Shown here: positions 60,748 through 64,000 of the stretch, piece after piece | How positions within the stretch are numbered: the first letter of the stretch is position 1 | Layout: every line of letters begins with the position of its first letter | Assembly (NCBI RefSeq): GCF_018977255.1 | Contig: NW_024704742.1 | Coordinates: forward strand, 135,844,001-135,908,000 | DNA: 64,000 bases | From: Callorhinchus milii | Lineage: Eukaryota | Direction of reading: 5' to 3' | Notes under the pieces: model-generated | Seen by the model: only the letters and a program-made list of their open reading frames with translations | The model's database searches: none | Told to the model about the DNA's origin: nothing | Program-made: the position numbers and the translations under genes

Positions 60748-62085
60748 CAGAATCATAGAATTATAGAATTATACCGCACAAAAAGAGGCCAATCGACCCA
60801 TCGTGCCTGTGCCGGCTCTTTGAAAAGAGCTATCCAAATCAATCCCACGCCCCGCTCTCTCCCCATAGCCCTGCAAACGTGTCCTCCCCAAATAATTATC
60901 TACCTCTTTCTTAAAAGTTGTTATCGAATCGGCTTCCACACTCTTTCAGGCAATGCATTCCAGATCCCAACAACTCGCTGTCTGTAAAAATTCTCCTCAC
61001 CCCTCCTCTGTTTCCTTTAAAAAGTATCTAAAAGACCGACCCAGCCGCCAGTAGAAATAGCTTCTCCTTGTTCACCCTATCGAATCCCCTCATAATTTTG
61101 AAAACTTCTATTAAGTCTCCTCTTAACCTTCTCTGCTCCAAGGAGAATAATCCCAGTTCTCTCGCCTCTCCTCATAACTGAAGTCCCTCATTCCTGGTAC
61201 CATTCTGGTAAATCTCCTTTGCACTCTCTTCAGTGCCTTGACATCCTTCCTAAAGAGTGGGACCTAGAACTGAACACAGTCTCTAGCTGAGGCCTAACCA
61301 GCGTTTTATAAAGGTTCATCATAACTTCCTGACGTTTGTATTCTGTGCCCCTATTTATAAAGCCTAGAATCCCATATGCTTTTTTAACAGCTTTATCTAC
61401 ATGTACTGCCACCTTCAAAGATTTACTTATATGAACCCCCAGGTCTCTCTTGTTCCTTCACCCCCTTTAAGATTCCACCATCAGCTTATATTACCTCTCC
61501 TGATTCTTCCTCCCAAAATTTGCATTTATCCACATTAAACTTCATCTGCCATATGTCTGCCCATTTTATCAGTCTGTCTATGTCTGTTAGCAGTCTGCTA
61601 CTATTTTCCTCACTGTTTACTACTTTTCCCAGCCTAGTATCATCTGCAAACTTGGAAATTGTACTCCCTATACCCAAGTCCAGGTCATTTATATGTACTG
61701 TACAGCTCCAATGTGCTTGTGCCAGCTCTTTCAAAGTGCTGTTCAACTAGTCCCTGTCTTACGCTCTTACCCCATTGCTCTGCAAATGTTTTTAAGTACC
61801 TATCTAATTCCCTTTTGAAAGCTACTATCGAATCTGCTACCACCACTCTTTCAGGCAGTGCATTCCAGTCTGTAACAACTCTTTGGGTAAAAAAAAAGTC
61901 TCCTGGTCTCCCTCTGGTTCTTTGGCCAATTAGCTTAAATCTGTGGCCTCTGGTTTCCGACCCACCCACCAGAGGAAACAGTTTCTCTCTATCTGCTCCA
62001 TCAAAACCCCTCATAATTTTGAACATCTCTATAAAATTTCCCCTCAACCTTCCCTAAGAGAATAATACCAGCTTCTCTAATCTCA
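60748..62085 (-). mobile_element. Two adjacent CR1 LINE 3' fragments (~60748-61690 and ~61710-62085)
   Basis: SKFADDTRLG, WADIWQMKFNVDKC, LYKTLVRPQLE, RGNFIEMFKIMRG...FFTQRVVTDWNALP; tail at 60748. Confidence 0.9.
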
Positions 62086-62560
62086 CGTCTAGGGATCTAT
62101 CCCGAATGTTGGCAGTGTTACACATTAGGACTTTTATCCGAGTTTTCAGCTTTTTTTCCCTCGATCGGTCTGGATGCAGAAAGATCTGATCTCATCCCTC
62201 CAACTCGTCTGCTCTACTGTTCCTCCCCATTCCACCACAGCATTGAGCTGCTTATTAAAATTATACCCAGTGTCCTGGCCTCCACCATCTGTCCTGAACC
62301 AGTCATTAACAACCCTCTGGGTAAAGAAAGACTTCCAGGTGTCAGTCTGGAAAGTCCAGGCTGCAGATTGCGAGCTGGATTAATAATCATCCTTGCTTTT
62401 GATAGGGCACCTTATCAAGCCTTCAACACGTCTCAAAGCGTTTCACAGAATATACTGTAAAGTGAATTGACTATGTATTTTTGTGGGCGAAACACAGTAG
62501 ACAATTGCACACAGCAGTCCCACAAAGAGTCGTGGATTGAGTGACTACATTTTTATTTCT

Positions 62561-62879
62561 AATAATAATAATCCTTGCATTAGATATAGCGCTTTTCACG
62601 TCGGGAGGACATCCCAAAGCGCTTCACAGAACACACTGTAAAGTGAATTGACTGTACATTTGTGGGCGAACGCGGCAGCCAATTGCGCACAGCAATGTCC
62701 CACAAACAGTCGTAGATTGAAAATGACCAATTTATTATTGTTTTGTTTTGGAGGGATTATTATTAGGCTCTGTGTGGAGTAAGGAAACTTGCCCAAGGTT
62801 TCACCCTCTGCCTGGAATTGAACCCAGGTCTCTCACTTGTAAAGCGAGTGCTCTAACCACTGAGCTACAGGACTCCACA
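62561..62879 (-). mobile_element. SINE family A, short subfamily, within a cluster of three tandem SINE pieces (62380-63005)
   Basis: Shares the internal deletion of 15219-15541; tail segment closely resembles the L2 3' end. Confidence 0.88.
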
Positions 62880-63280
62880 AGACTCCTAGAAGGGATTATT
62901 AACTCAATCGACTAACGACTTTACTTACTGCTGGGTAAACAGAGGTGTGGAGTAAGGAAACTTGCCTGAGGTGTTGAGGGCTCTAACCAATACTCTACGG
63001 AATTCCAATGCGGTTGGGGAATGGAGATTGGGGTTGTGGTGGGGTTTAGTGTGGCGTTTGGGGAGAGTTAGGGTATAGGATGGAGTTGGGGTTGAGCATG
63101 TGATGGGGGTTGGGGTAGGTGTTGGGGATGGGGGTTGGGGTGAGAGCTATAGAGTATTGTGGGCTGTGTTATCAAGTCTAGGTGTCGTACTAATCAATAT
63201 GCGTAGAAATCTGTTCCACATACATACATGTGACTTTCCTCTCGCCCACCCCTGTCCCCACCACCCCAGCAGAGCTGTAC

Positions 63281-63376
63281 CTGACAAGGCCCTGGTGGTG
63301 GCACTCTCGTACAGCGGAACTCCCTCCCCAGCGTTGTTTAAGGCCTTCAGGGAAATGACATAGTGGGAGCTGGGTT
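63281..63376 (-). CDS. DCC: DCC coding exon (human exon 16 equivalent), end of FN3 domain 4
   Basis: ttgcag|AACCC...GTCAG|gtacag; 96 nt; encodes (E)[31 protein letters not shown], matching [30 protein letters not shown]. Upstream exons lie outside the window. Confidence 0.96.
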
Positions 63377-64000
63377 CTGCAAGAGAAAGAAAGGTCATTG
63401 TTACCCTCTGAGTTTACCAGCAGTCAGACATTGAGGGTGATGTTCTCTGAGCATAAAACCCACACGATTTTCCAGACGGGTTATGACATACCACAATTTC
63501 TCAACCCTCCTCAAACCCCTTCCGACAATAGCTTTGTGAAGAGCCCCAAATTCTTTTATCTTTATCTTTTAAAGAGCCCCAAATTCACCGCTGATTATAG
63601 GAACTACGCTTGTTTTAAATGGCACACATACACCCGCATTCAATTTGTGGATCGAATTGATTAATAGTTGTAATCAATGTATTGTTGTTATTGTTATCAT
63701 TGTTTTTATTATTATTATTATATAACAATAATAATACTTGCAGTTGATATAGCATCCTGTAGCTCAGTGGTTAGAGCAATTGCCTCGCAAGTGAGGGACC
63801 TGGGTTCAATTCCTGTCAGGGCAAAACCTTAGGCAAGTTTCCTCCACACGCCTGACAATAAAGCGCTTCACAGAATTGACTGTGTATATTGTGGGTAGAA
63901 ATTATCATTGATATTATTATTGTTGTAATTATTGTTATTGTCATAGAATCATAGAATCACACAGCACAGAAGGAGGCCATTCGGCCCATCGTGCCTGTGC

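Noticed and set aside
29385..63376. Neogenin (NEO1) as an alternative identity
   Set aside because: The P3 tail ([21 protein letters not shown]), the VEHPDKMANDQ micro-exon and the transmembrane flank match DCC.

Overview
This is vertebrate genomic DNA, most likely from a cartilaginous fish and possibly a holocephalan, judged from its CR1 and L2 LINEs, Deu-type tRNA-SINEs and a shark-type Penelope-related repeat. The only host gene I can support is the 3' half of DCC (netrin-1 receptor) on the minus strand: 14 coding exons (equivalent to human exons 16-29) from 63376 down to the TAA at 29385, all with GT-AG boundaries and consistent phases. They encode the end of FN3-4, FN3-5, FN3-6, the transmembrane helix and the cytoplasmic P1-P3 motifs. 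A long 3' UTR may run to an AATAAA at about 21265. Positions 1-21200 look intergenic. Almost all other ORFs in the track are transposon debris or simple repeats. I found no convincing new protein-coding system. The best leads are: (1) an unclassified, highly structured ~290-nt repeat with a fixed 5' end and an A tail (6 copies); (2) two fossil minimal hammerhead ribozymes in Penelope-related repeats; (3) conservation of the DCC long/short alternative acceptor with an upstream YCAY (NOVA-type) cluster; (4) modular SINE families sharing an L2-type tail; (5) an 84-nt intronic hairpin on the DCC sense strand. Exon coordinates were read base by base; repeat boundaries are approximate; comparisons with human DCC are from memory.
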